A DNA stretch of 64,000 bases from Trichosphaerium sp. ATCC 40318. Taxonomy: Eukaryota; Protista; Tubulinea. Position numbers and translations under genes: made by a program. This document shows positions 41,101-51,515 of the stretch, piece by piece; positions within the stretch are counted from its first letter, which is position 1, and every line of letters begins with the position of its first letter. The stretch spans positions 62,001 to 126,000 of the forward strand of contig JALMLS010000124.1 of the NCBI GenBank assembly GCA_038496445.1. Reading direction: 5' to 3'. The notes below the pieces were generated by a model. The model was not told where the DNA came from, ran no database searches, and saw only the letters and a program-made list of their open reading frames with translations.

Positions 41101-41722
41101 ACAATTCATACATCTACACAAGTCTTGGATGGTACTAAGGACAACTTTTTTTTCAAGTTTCGCGAGCTTTTTTAGTTATTTGTCCTCAATTTCCTTGACT
41201 CTGTTTTAGGATATCTTGCCACAAGAAATATTTTATAAAGCACTAGGGTCTGTAGTCGATAGTGCATTAGAGAGGTACACTAGAAAGAAAAAAACAAACC
41301 CGAAAGTCCAAGAACAAAAAGTTCGATGAAGTTTTTTAACTTTTTTCTTTTGTTTCATCATTTTCTTGTCTCCCTTTTGCTCTTACTCACAATGATTTTC
41401 CTTTAGAATGATTTTAGATGTTGAGACTTTAACGGCCATATCAGAGGCTGAAACAAAGTACCTCAATCGGTTATTTAAGATGCTTTTTGATATTGAGAAT
41501 CTATTTAATTATCACGATGAAAGTCACGTGAATGATCACGTGAAACTTTGGATAAAGTATAATCAGATAACACATATTTTCGATGCTAAGATGGTTGAGA
41601 TTGTTAATAATTGGAGGAATGGGAAGTTAAAGGATTTCAAAAGAGATGAAGTTGAGAGTTTGATAAAGGCTATTTTTGATGATTCTGAGTTTCGACGAAA
41701 TCAAATAAATCTCCTCAAGTGA
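38131..41722 (+). CDS. ZW10: Centromere/kinetochore protein ZW10 (Dsl1-like tether)
   Basis: IFHNDCMYISHFL, TFIDMAPIFRDLG, WRNGKL..FKRDEVESLIKAIFDDSEFRR. Confidence 0.88.
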
Positions 41723-43016
41723 CATAGGTTTTTTGGTTTCGTTAATTTGTTTGTGTAGATTATATATACAACCTATTTTCCTGATGCTTTTTGAGAAGCT
41801 TAGTCAGTCAGGTACGTCGTTGTCGCTTGAGTTTTTTTTTGTTTTTTTTTGTGTACTGAGACAGGGAAAAATTGTTGCACTGTTTATTCGGCATGAGTGT
41901 CTACGAATTGAGCGACGGTTGTTTTTAATGACTAGTTCCTTTGTTAACCATGTAGAGTTTCACATTTTAAAATCTGTTCATTTCGTACCAAGCAAGAGTT
42001 CGATAAATGACATACCGATCTTGTGGAGGAAAAAAGTATCAAATCTTATTTAAGAACTATTGAACCTAAATGACGCTCTTACACTTTTGCTATGTTTACT
42101 TTAGACAAGGCAGCTAATACACGATTACTTTGTTTACTATTGAGAACCCTGAGTTCTATATTTGACCATACAAAATTGCGCTAGTGTTTTTTACATAATT
42201 TTTTCCCATTTTGAAACACCAAATGATGAACAGATTACACCCATTTCATATCGGTTGCGCGAAACTCGTAAGATACGAGGCTTGAGGTTGCCTGTACATC
42301 AAGCAAAAGGCACCGTTACTGTTTGTATGTACATTTATTCAGTGCTTCACCAAACATGTGAATTCTCTTTGTTCATCCTGCAAATACCAGTAGCATCTAT
42401 CCAACCTCTACGAACATAACTTCTTTGATATGGTATTAAACAGAAGTTCTCCGACATTGCTAAGGTAACCTAAATAAAGAAGTATAGGAGCAAACTTGTT
42501 TCAAAACTTCTATTTTCAAATTCTAAAGAATTTGTTTTTTGTTGTTGCCTTTAAAACCTTTCTCCGATAATGTTTGTTAACTGCAGTCATGAACAGTATC
42601 TGAATGGAGAATTGATAATAACAAATCTTATTGTTGCGTTCTTCTACAACACCGTTGCGTGCATAGACTACCTATCAAATCAAAGCCAGAAAGCGCGAAA
42701 AGAGGTCATTTACCCAACTCGTTTAAAAAAAACACCGAAAAAAAATTGTGCGAGTATCACTTTAAACATCATTTTTATCGCTTAAAAACAATTATACCGT
42801 ACATTGATTGCGTCACATCCTTTTCTTGTGGAAAAACTTTCGAAAAGTCCGAAAATACAAAAAACTTGGTACTTCACTTTCATCGCTTTTCCGAACGTAT
42901 AAAGTTCCGCCACGCATTTCATAGGCTCTTCAGAACCCGTATGAGGTAATACTCAAAAAGGAACGTAGCCGCTGAAATTAGACAAAAAACTCCAAACACA
43001 ACACTCAACGCAACGC

Positions 43017-45158
43017 ATGCGCACCTCACAATCACTAGCGGCCTTATTAGTCGTATGTGTGCTATATGCAACACTCTCACAAGCAAAAACTGTAGGAGAT
43101 GGTGAGTTATAAGCTTATTTATACGTAGACCGAAAACTAACTTGATATTTCTAGTATACAAAAGACCTGCTTGTTCACCACACGAAGTCCAGAAACTTTC
43201 TCTCCAAATCATTACCCAAATGAATTGTATGCGTCCTGGTACCCTAAAATCATTCGAGGGTGTAGGACGTCTTCATTGGGACCCTAAGAAGCTTAATCCG
43301 TAAGTATTTGAGACTATCCTTTGCTTGCACACAAAAGAATTGCAAAAAATCCAAAAAAAAACCTAAAAGCGATACAAGATCCCAAGTGCTGATTTTTCTC
43401 TCTCCCTTTGTAGATACCTCCAATATAAGGCTACAGATCAACTTATAAATATCGTTGTCAACAGTATAATGGACCCTGACAAGGAGGCTTTGGATATTGA
43501 TATCATGAGCGCTATTAGAACTATTCCTGAGCAGTTCTTGATATATAAGTGGATAAATGATGATTCAAGCGCCGCATCTTGTCTTAGAAGGCACTACCCA
43601 CCAAGTACGTCAAAAAGTCGACTTTTTTTTTCGTTTTCCGTTTTCGTTTTTTTGTTTTCGAGTGAACTGTGCAACAAAGTTGCAGTTGCAACCTCTTTGT
43701 TTGGAGCGATTTGGTTTTTTTTCTTACGAATTTTGCGTTTAGGCACAATAAACCGCGGGGATGGCCTTGATATTGATATTGTTCAAACCAGTAACGCGTT
43801 TAGACGCAGAATGTACAGTTTTGGCTTTAATTCGGTCGCTGTCAATCGATTTACCGGAAGAGTATCAAAACTCTCTGAGAAACATCACTATCGCTTCCGC
43901 GGTGGCGAGGACATTGGCGATCTTGATGTTCGCGCATTCCAAACGTACGTTTCCGCCTTTTTTTATCCCAACGACTCGCACTTAACCACATATAACTGAC
44001 TTAAAAATAGGCTATGGAACATGAACAACCCAAAGTCTAAGCACATCCCAGAAAAGTCTATGGGTAAATTTGATGGCATAACACAAGCGAGGATGCTTAA
44101 CTCCCCAGCTGATGGGTTCAAAAAGGGTTGGCAATGCGCTAACCAGAAGATAGAAAGCGAAGAAGAATTTTTCGAAAAGTTCCTTGGTGAGACAGCACCA
44201 CCAACAACAAAACCTCCAAAACCAAACCAATGGCAAGAAAAACCAACAAAGAAGCCTTTCTTCCCAACATTGTGGCCTAAAAAAACAACACCAAAGCCAC
44301 CTACACCAAAGCCTACATCTGCACCAACAGCAGCTCCATCAAGACCAGTTGTTGTACCTACATCAAAGATGACTCTTGGAAGACTTGGACTTCGTCTTAT
44401 CAAAACTTTTGAAGGGTTCAGAGCAAACTTTTACTACGACTCTGCTGGTATTAGAACTATTGGTTATGGTCACGCATGTCATGTACATGACTGTAACAAT
44501 ATCAAAGGACTAAGAGAGGATGGTTCTGTACGTTGAAACCACTTTCAATCTTTTTTTTTTTTGTTTGTTCGAGCTTGGTTTGCTGACTCTTTATTTTGCA
44601 GGTTTATCAAGCCCACCCTCCTTTGTCCGGCGCTGAAGGACAAGATGTATTCCGCCATGATCTTAAGTACAGCAAATATGTTAAGGCTGTTCAACAAAAT
44701 GTTAAAGTGCAGCTAAAGCAATACCAGTTTGACGCTTTGGTTTCTTTTACGTTCAACCTCGGTCCAAATATCTTTGCAGGATCTGATCTTTTGAGGATAA
44801 TAAACAGAGGTGGTAGCGCAGCTGAAGTCACAGCCGAATTGATGCTATTCGTCAATGTCTTCCATGCTAATGGTAGAAAAGAAAGAATACAAGGTCTGGT
44901 AAACAGACGTGCTGCTGAAGCTAACTTATACACAGTACGTTCAAAACTTACTTTATCACTGTATTCTTTATGTTTTTGTTGACGTGTTTGTTTTAGACTG
45001 GTGAATTCGGTCGTGTCAGTCTCAGTTCATGTGTTGTTGATAACGCTCATGGGCGGAAAAACGCACCAGGTCTTTGCGTGGACACAGCTGATTGCGGTGG
45101 TAGATCATACCGTGGTTTCTGCCCTGGAGCAGCTAATATTAGATGTTGCATTGAGTAA
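43017..45158 (+). CDS. Secreted modular lysozyme: degenerate M15-like peptidase + PG-binding-like domain + Pro/Thr linker + GH24 muramidase + Cys-rich C-terminal module
   Basis: Signal MRTSQSLAALLVVCVLYATLSQA; SAIRTIPEQFLIYKW; AFQTLWNMNNP; FEGFRANFYYDSAGIRTIGYGH (E-D-T triad); QFDALVSFTFNLG; GLVNRRAAE; GFCPGAANIRCC; 7 exons in frame. Confidence 0.9.
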
Positions 45159-45392
45159 AAAAAAACAACAACAAAAAAGAGCACGCACGTGCTCACAAAC
45201 TCCAAAAAATATTTAACGGTCAAAAAAACCCCAACCTTTAGTATCAAATTATAAATTATGTATTCTCTTCGTGAACAAAATGGAAAACATCCCATTATAT
45301 CTAATCCCCACTTTATCCAAAATCCTTGTAATTAAATCCAAAAAATAATAAATAATCAAAATGTCAAAACTATCAAAAAAATGTATTTCGTG

Positions 45393-45861
45393 TTATTCTC
45401 TCTCTGTTCCTTCACTTTGAACGTTACATTCCTCTTGTATCTTACTTGGCGCGAAACCAAGCCATGCGCGTGGTCCAGGGGAGGCTAGACCGATATATGA
45501 AGCGTAAGCAGCCAGAATTGCGAAAAGAGTGACGTCAATGCGAAAACACATGTAAGCAGTTGTATCGTATGATTGGGTAAACGCTAAGGACAAAAGAGCG
45601 CATAATCCAACTATAATTGCGCAAACAGGCGCTACAACGAGCGGTAGTAAAGAAAGCGCTATGAATGGGCTATTTGAACCCTTTAAATCAGTTCTAATTC
45701 GTTTAAAGATCAACGAAGGTAACACAAGACCTAAAAGCTGTTATTTGTACTGCTATCGCTGATAGCGAACCAAATAAGCCAAACAGTAACCCTGAGACGG
45801 CCCAAAACAGAACTGAAAGCAATCCACTGCCAAAACTTATGAACAGCGATATCAAGTCCAT
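45393..45861 (-). CDS. Small multi-pass membrane protein of unknown function
   Basis: Two exons give ~140 aa with three to four hydrophobic segments; donor site weak. Confidence 0.5.
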
Positions 45862-46703
45862 CGTTGGCTCTGCGTTGATTGCTAAACACTCGTTAAGCTA
45901 CTTTTGTTGAACGAAATGCCCAACAAAAAAAACGACGAAGAATAGTGTACAAGGGAACTCAAAATGCTACAAGGTTCACGTTATAAGTCTTTGCTCTACT
46001 AGAGGCCATTAATTGTTTGAGTTAAAGTTAGTGATACATGGGTACGAACAGACAAAAATGACACGCTGTAAGATCACGTGATTTATATGTATGTAATCAG
46101 TCAATGGTACATTCAAAACAAACTACTTCAAAGTAGCTTATTACGAGTGAACCTTGGTTATGCTAGCACCCATCACGTGGTTGGTATTTAACATTGAATT
46201 AGCCTATGGCATTTTGTTGTTTGATGAAACGCATGCGAAATGTTTAAGAACTGCGTAAATGATTGTTGTACTTCGTAAACCAAATACTAAACAATTTGTT
46301 CAGAAAGATTAGCAAAGAAGGTCGTAGCTCCGGAGAAACCATGTTTAAATCTGTTTGCTTGCAACTTGCAAATCCAATGAATGTTATAATAATACACATA
46401 CATTATTCATGTACATTCGTGTGAAAAAGCGAGTCATAACTTTAGATACCTGGCCATACTAAACTTAAGGCCTTTTTTTTTTTTTTTTTGAATTCACGTT
46501 TTAATCTCGGTCACGTGAAAAGCAATCAAGCTTGACTGTATCAAAGTAGTAGTAAGCAGATACTCGCTTTGAGCCCCATGCAATCTATAAAAGTTCAAAG
46601 AAGATACATCACGGAATAACCTAAACCTATTGTTTTATTGAACCATGAGATGATCACGTGAAAATGAAAATAAAAACATACAACATAAAATAAAAGTTGT
46701 ACA

Positions 46704-48076
46704 ATGGCAACAACAGTTCTATATCTCTTTGCTCTCATCTTCGTGTCTGTCAACGCTTCTCAAGTAGACCCGTTTACAGCATTCGGATACACTGAGGCAT
46801 CTCAAACTACACCGCTATTTACAAGCACAGTATTGGATCCTTCTATCGCAGGAGGTCGAGATATGACAGCAAACAGACTTTCGGGAAACTCTGATTTTTT
46901 AGTTACTCGTGTACTGTTGCAGGTACTAGTTTCACTATGGCAAATGATGTTAGTGTCACTGGTAATTGCTCAGCGGTATACTCTGGCGTAGATGAAGATG
47001 GTATTGAACCACCTTTGGACTTAACTCAAAATGGATGCAGTAAGTTTTTCCTTCATGATTGATCTCTGGCATTTAATTTGTTAATATTTCTAAATTAGGT
47101 TGTTATAACTTTCGTGTCATGGGTTCTGACGCAGATATTGAAGTATCAACTCACCTACAAAACTCGTTTTCTCAGTCAACAACATCTTTAAGTGTGGTTT
47201 TGCAAGATGTTAACTCAGCTGTTGATGTCTGTTTGCCATACGGAAGCGCCATTACTGACCTGTATTCTGTTGATCGAGTTGAGTATGTATTGGATGGAGC
47301 CAATGTTGCATCAGGTGATATTGCTATTCAATATGCTTGTTGTCAGCCATCTGTTTCTTGTTGGTAAGTGTTGTTAAATCTCAAGGAGAACTAAACTCAT
47401 GACATTTGTTTGTAGGCATACTCTCAGTCCTGTCGGATCTGCTAACATGTCCGATTTGAGAGTTGGTGACGATATTAGTGTTGAGGTTACTTGTGAGAAC
47501 TATGAGAGGCTTCCAGCGCTCGCTTCAGAGACAATCTCAGGTTATCTCAGTTTTGATAGCTCTATTGGTACTATTGATGATGCATCTCTTTCTTGTACTG
47601 GAACGTCATCATCAAGTGTTGCAAATAATATTGCTCAGTTTGTTGCCACTTTGACTCCAAATCAACAAGCCTCATGCACCTTCACTATTGAATTGACAGG
47701 AACTGGTCAACTTGATGATATTGGCGCTGTAGTAACAACATCTGCTGGTGAGCTAACACCAATTCGTTCAAATGAAGGATATTCATTGTACGCTTTTTGA
47801 TTAGATTTCTTTGTGTTCTTACTTTGTTCTTGTAGGCAAGGTACAGCTGATTTCTGCAACCCTCCAACACTGTCTTCTATCACGGTCTCTGATGGGAACA
47901 CACAGACAATAGTCCGATGTAGTGGTAGACCATTGAGATGTTTTCTATTGACATTGAATAACCCTTGTGTATTCGCATCAAATTGCATTGATGGAACTTG
48001 TGATGTGTTTTGTTACAACACACCAGAATGTCATGCTGATCCTATTTGTTCATCGTTTTGGGATCAAAGCAACTAA
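46704..48076 (+). CDS. Secreted beta-rich protein with Ig/DUF11-like domain and Cys-rich tail; frameshift near 46910
   Basis: Signal peptide; SIAGGRDM..YSGVDEDG..LDLTQNGC; GDDISVEVTCEN..TLTPNQQASCTFTI; GT-AG introns. Confidence 0.7.
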
Positions 48077-48187
48077 ATAAATAAAGCTCTCCCGGCTACC
48101 ATTACTTCTAGAATGTTTCTTCACTAGCTTCGTGCTAGTTAACGTATCAACAGTTCTTCACTTTTTAGACATTCTGTATATATCCAT

Positions 48188-48430
48188 ATGTTAGCAGAAT
48201 CGACTGGACTGAGAGCCTACAAACAAATGCCATGAGTTTAGTTCTCCTTGAGATTTAACAACACTTACCAACAAGAAACAGATGGCTGACAGCAAGCATA
48301 TTGAATAGCAATATCACCTGATGCAACATTGGCTCCATCCAATACATATTCAACTCGATCAACAGAATACAGGTCGGTAATGGCGCTTCTGTATGGCAAA
48401 CAGACATCAACAGCTGAGTTAACATCTTGC
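48188..48430 (-). repeat. Inverted partial duplicate of 47202-47448 (exon + intron + start of next exon)
   Basis: Near-identical reverse complement, including the intron gtaagtg...tttgtag. Confidence 0.95.
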
Positions 48431-49018
48431 TTTGGATTCAAATTATCTGATAGGTAATTGTACACGTGACAGTTTTTTAATCACTTGAAAAAAAAAACCG
48501 CCTGTTGGATCTGAACCACATTGTGTTTAACAGTGAGTGTAAACCTTTTGTCGTAGCGTCATAGCCGTATTGTGATTTATGGCAAGAATGAGTAACCAAT
48601 TTGGAGAGTAATTCCAAGCGGTGGCCGGAGTTTCATTTTGTAGGTTTTCCAAAAAAGGTCACATTGGTGAACATACATTACGACATACAGCAAAAAGATT
48701 GCTTTTTACTTTAGAAATCACATTTTATTGTTCAAAGGTACATAGGTGATGTGGAGAATCTTATTATTTATTCGGTGGCTTATTCATACATGATTCGTAT
48801 TTGTCTTTGAAAAGCCAGAAATCTAGACAACAAAAATGTTTCGCCAACGCATTTGCACACTGTTCACATGCAAGATAAGGCTCACGGTTGTAAATACAAG
48901 GCGCCTATATCAAAGGTATAAGAAAAGTTGTTTACCTACGCTTGACGTACCCAAAATCCAGCGTCTACAGAGTATAAGAGAGTTGAAGCGACAACAATAA
49001 TGAGGAGAACTGAGAAGC

Positions 49019-49671
49019 TGCGCATGTGAGTTGATATTTATGTTTTTTGATGTTTAGTTTTGTTGTGAGTCAAAAACATGGTTCTAGTTTTCTTTAATCA
49101 CGTGATAATTTATCATATTTTAAACAATACAATATACGACAATAGAGATGTCTAGATATCTCAGATATCTAGATATTCTAAGTTATCTAGTTATTTGTGA
49201 ATTATCTACGTTTTGCGAAATAATCCAGATTATCTATATCGTAGATTTCTAAACATCTCTAGTGGATTAAAAATTGGAAAAGTGGGGAAATGGAAGAATC
49301 ACTAAAGATTAGCTCACAATAGCGAGTCTAGTGAACGATTTTACTCTTGCGCGTCACCACTTGCGGTTGTTTTAGAACAACGTAGGAATATTCGCCAAGT
49401 ACTATACACCGTCACCATTTGCGCTTGTGAGTTGATGTTTATGGTTTTGATGTTTTGTTTTGTTGTGAGTCAACAACATAGTTCTAGTTTTCTTTAATCA
49501 CGTGATACTTTATCATGCTATAAGCAATACGGACAATAGAGTAAAAAATAGGGAAACGGAGAATCACTAGAGATTAGCTCACAATGGTGAGTCTAGTGAA
49601 CGATTTTACACTCGCGTGTCACCACTTGCGGTTGTTTTAGAACAACGCAGGAACATTTGCCAAGTACTATA
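49019..49671. repeat. Tandem duplication of a ~250 bp unit (49019-49406 with insert; 49420-49671)
   Basis: Shared blocks gttctagttttctttaatcacgtgata and gtcaccacttgcggttgttttagaacaacg. Confidence 0.9.
49145..49259. mobile_element. 115-bp MITE-like insertion with TA target-site duplication
   Basis: TA-gagatgtctagatatct...agatttctaaacatctc-TA; absent from the sister tandem copy. Confidence 0.65.
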
Positions 49672-50251
49672 GCCGACTTTTGGGTTTTTTTTTCTAGTTA
49701 AATTTTTTGTCTTCTTGTTCTCCAAATACTCCTTTTACGGTTTTTTCCTATCCACAATGATCATATTCACGGGATGGATATAGCATTTTTTTACAAGAAT
49801 ATCATGTGTGACAAAGTGACACGAAAAAATAAAATAGTCTTTAGTTTTTTTCAAGGTTTCTTTCTCCTTCGGCTTCCTTTTTCATTTCCACGTGATAAAA
49901 TTGTTTGCAGTGTTTTTTCATGGAGATTTAAAAAAACTCAAAACAAACATGGATTTCATAGCGCCACTTAGTTTTGTGATGGAACAACAACAAATCTACA
50001 AAAACTCCGTGTTTTTTTTATTAAAATTCTGTGTTTCTTAGCGTTCTTACTTACATGACTTCTTATTTTCATTCTTTATCACCCCTAATCCTCGCGCCAT
50101 GACGAATAAAACCAGAGCACAAAAAAAAAAAAAAAGAACAAGTTTGGGAAAGAATTGGGGCAAAACTGTAACACATTTTCAATGTGAAAAGTGTGTATAT
50201 TTCTACCATTTACAAAGAATTCGTACTACATCAACCACCTCTCTGATAAAC

Positions 50252-50791
50252 ATGGACAACGTCATTCTACTTCTCGTGATTATGTGTATTGCTGTTAGCT
50301 ACTGCAACCAATGCTATGGCTACTGTACTACTGCTATCGTCTCTGGAACATGTGCAAATCCAAATTGTAATTGCGACTGGGCTGCTTGCCTCCGTTTATG
50401 CAATACTGGCGGCTTTTGGGTATGAATAGAGTTAACACCTACAGCTCACTTATTTCTTATAGGAGCCAAGAAGTGTAAAAGGCGCAAAGTGCACAGCTTG
50501 GTATCTATCAGACCAGCGACCATCAACACCTTGGCAAAAGCTTCAGAAGTGCTATAATGCACACAGGGTACTACTATAATTATTCTCGTGTAACCCACCA
50601 TTTGTACTTACGCTAAACAAGGCACACCCAAACCCGTCATCTGCTGCTGATATTGTAAGTCAAACGTTTCTTACTGTTGCTTTTTTTTTTTTTTTTGACA
50701 TTGGTGTTTTTAGCAAGCATGCGCAAATATGTGTCCAAATGACGGAGATTACGGAAGTACAATTTGCTTAGAAAACTGTAATTACTTTTGA
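50252..50791 (+). CDS. Small secreted cysteine-rich protein (~127 aa, 4 exons)
   Basis: Signal MDNVILLLVIMCIAVSYC; three phase-0 introns join exons in frame to QACANMCPNDGDYGSTICLENCNYF*. Confidence 0.8.
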
Positions 50792-51515
50792 AATAAACAT
50801 GTAGTTTCACATCCTTTATAAAAAGGTCTAGTTTTTTTGGTGTTATTTTTCACACAAGTTCGAAAAAAGATCAAAAAAAATGTGTTTGTTGGGACAACGA
50901 ATGCAAGCGATTAGAAGGCTCTGTTTGCTTTGAGTCAGGCCCATCAGTTACCTTGGGGCCCATCGCTTAGCTAGTTCGCTCACAAAAGTAAGCCATTGCT
51001 TCTCAGTTCTCCTCATTGTTGTTGTCGCTTCAACTCTCTTATGCTCTGTAGACGCTTGATTTTGGGTACAACGTAACGTTATAAACAGCATTCCTTAACG
51101 TTTGATATAGGTACCTTGTAGTTATGACCATAACCTTGCTGATGCATGTGAAGCTTGTCCAACAGCACAAGCGAAGGAAATATGCTGCAGGGAGTTTTTC
51201 GTTGCTTTCCCTGATAAAGTCTGTGTATGAATGAAAGAAAAAAGTCTCCATATCACATCTATGTACCGTTGAACAATAAAATGTGATTTCTAAAGTACCA
51301 GGCGGCAGTCTTTTTGCTGACCCGTTTTGGGAAAAAACCGCACAAAATTCCGACAAAATTGGACAGTACTGTCCGAAGACATTCTTGCCATAATCACAAC
51401 ATGGGTAAGCTATCAAGTATTCTTAACTAGGGCCAACACAATGTTTTAAAAAAAACCAACGTGGCTCAGATCCAACAAGCGGTTTTTTTACTCACGTGAT
51501 TAAAAAACTTTGTTA

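Larger units (their letters stand above)
48471..51509. mobile_element. Candidate non-autonomous long-TIR (Mutator/Foldback-like) element with cargo gene
   Basis: Imperfect ~510-550 bp inverted repeats at 48471-49018 and 50998-51509; no transposase and no clear TSD. Confidence 0.6.

Noticed and set aside
15469-41722. Functional clustering of NUF2 and ZW10, or a centromere implied by CDEI-like motifs
   Set aside because: Genes are 20 kb apart with unrelated genes between; the motifs are dispersed throughout genic DNA
41733-43000. Short ORFs between ZW10 and the lysozyme gene
   Set aside because: Stop-interrupted, no recognisable motifs
44367-44982. Prophage or bacterial contamination suggested by the GH24 lysozyme
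   Set aside because: Gene has canonical spliceosomal introns and a signal peptide; no other phage genes
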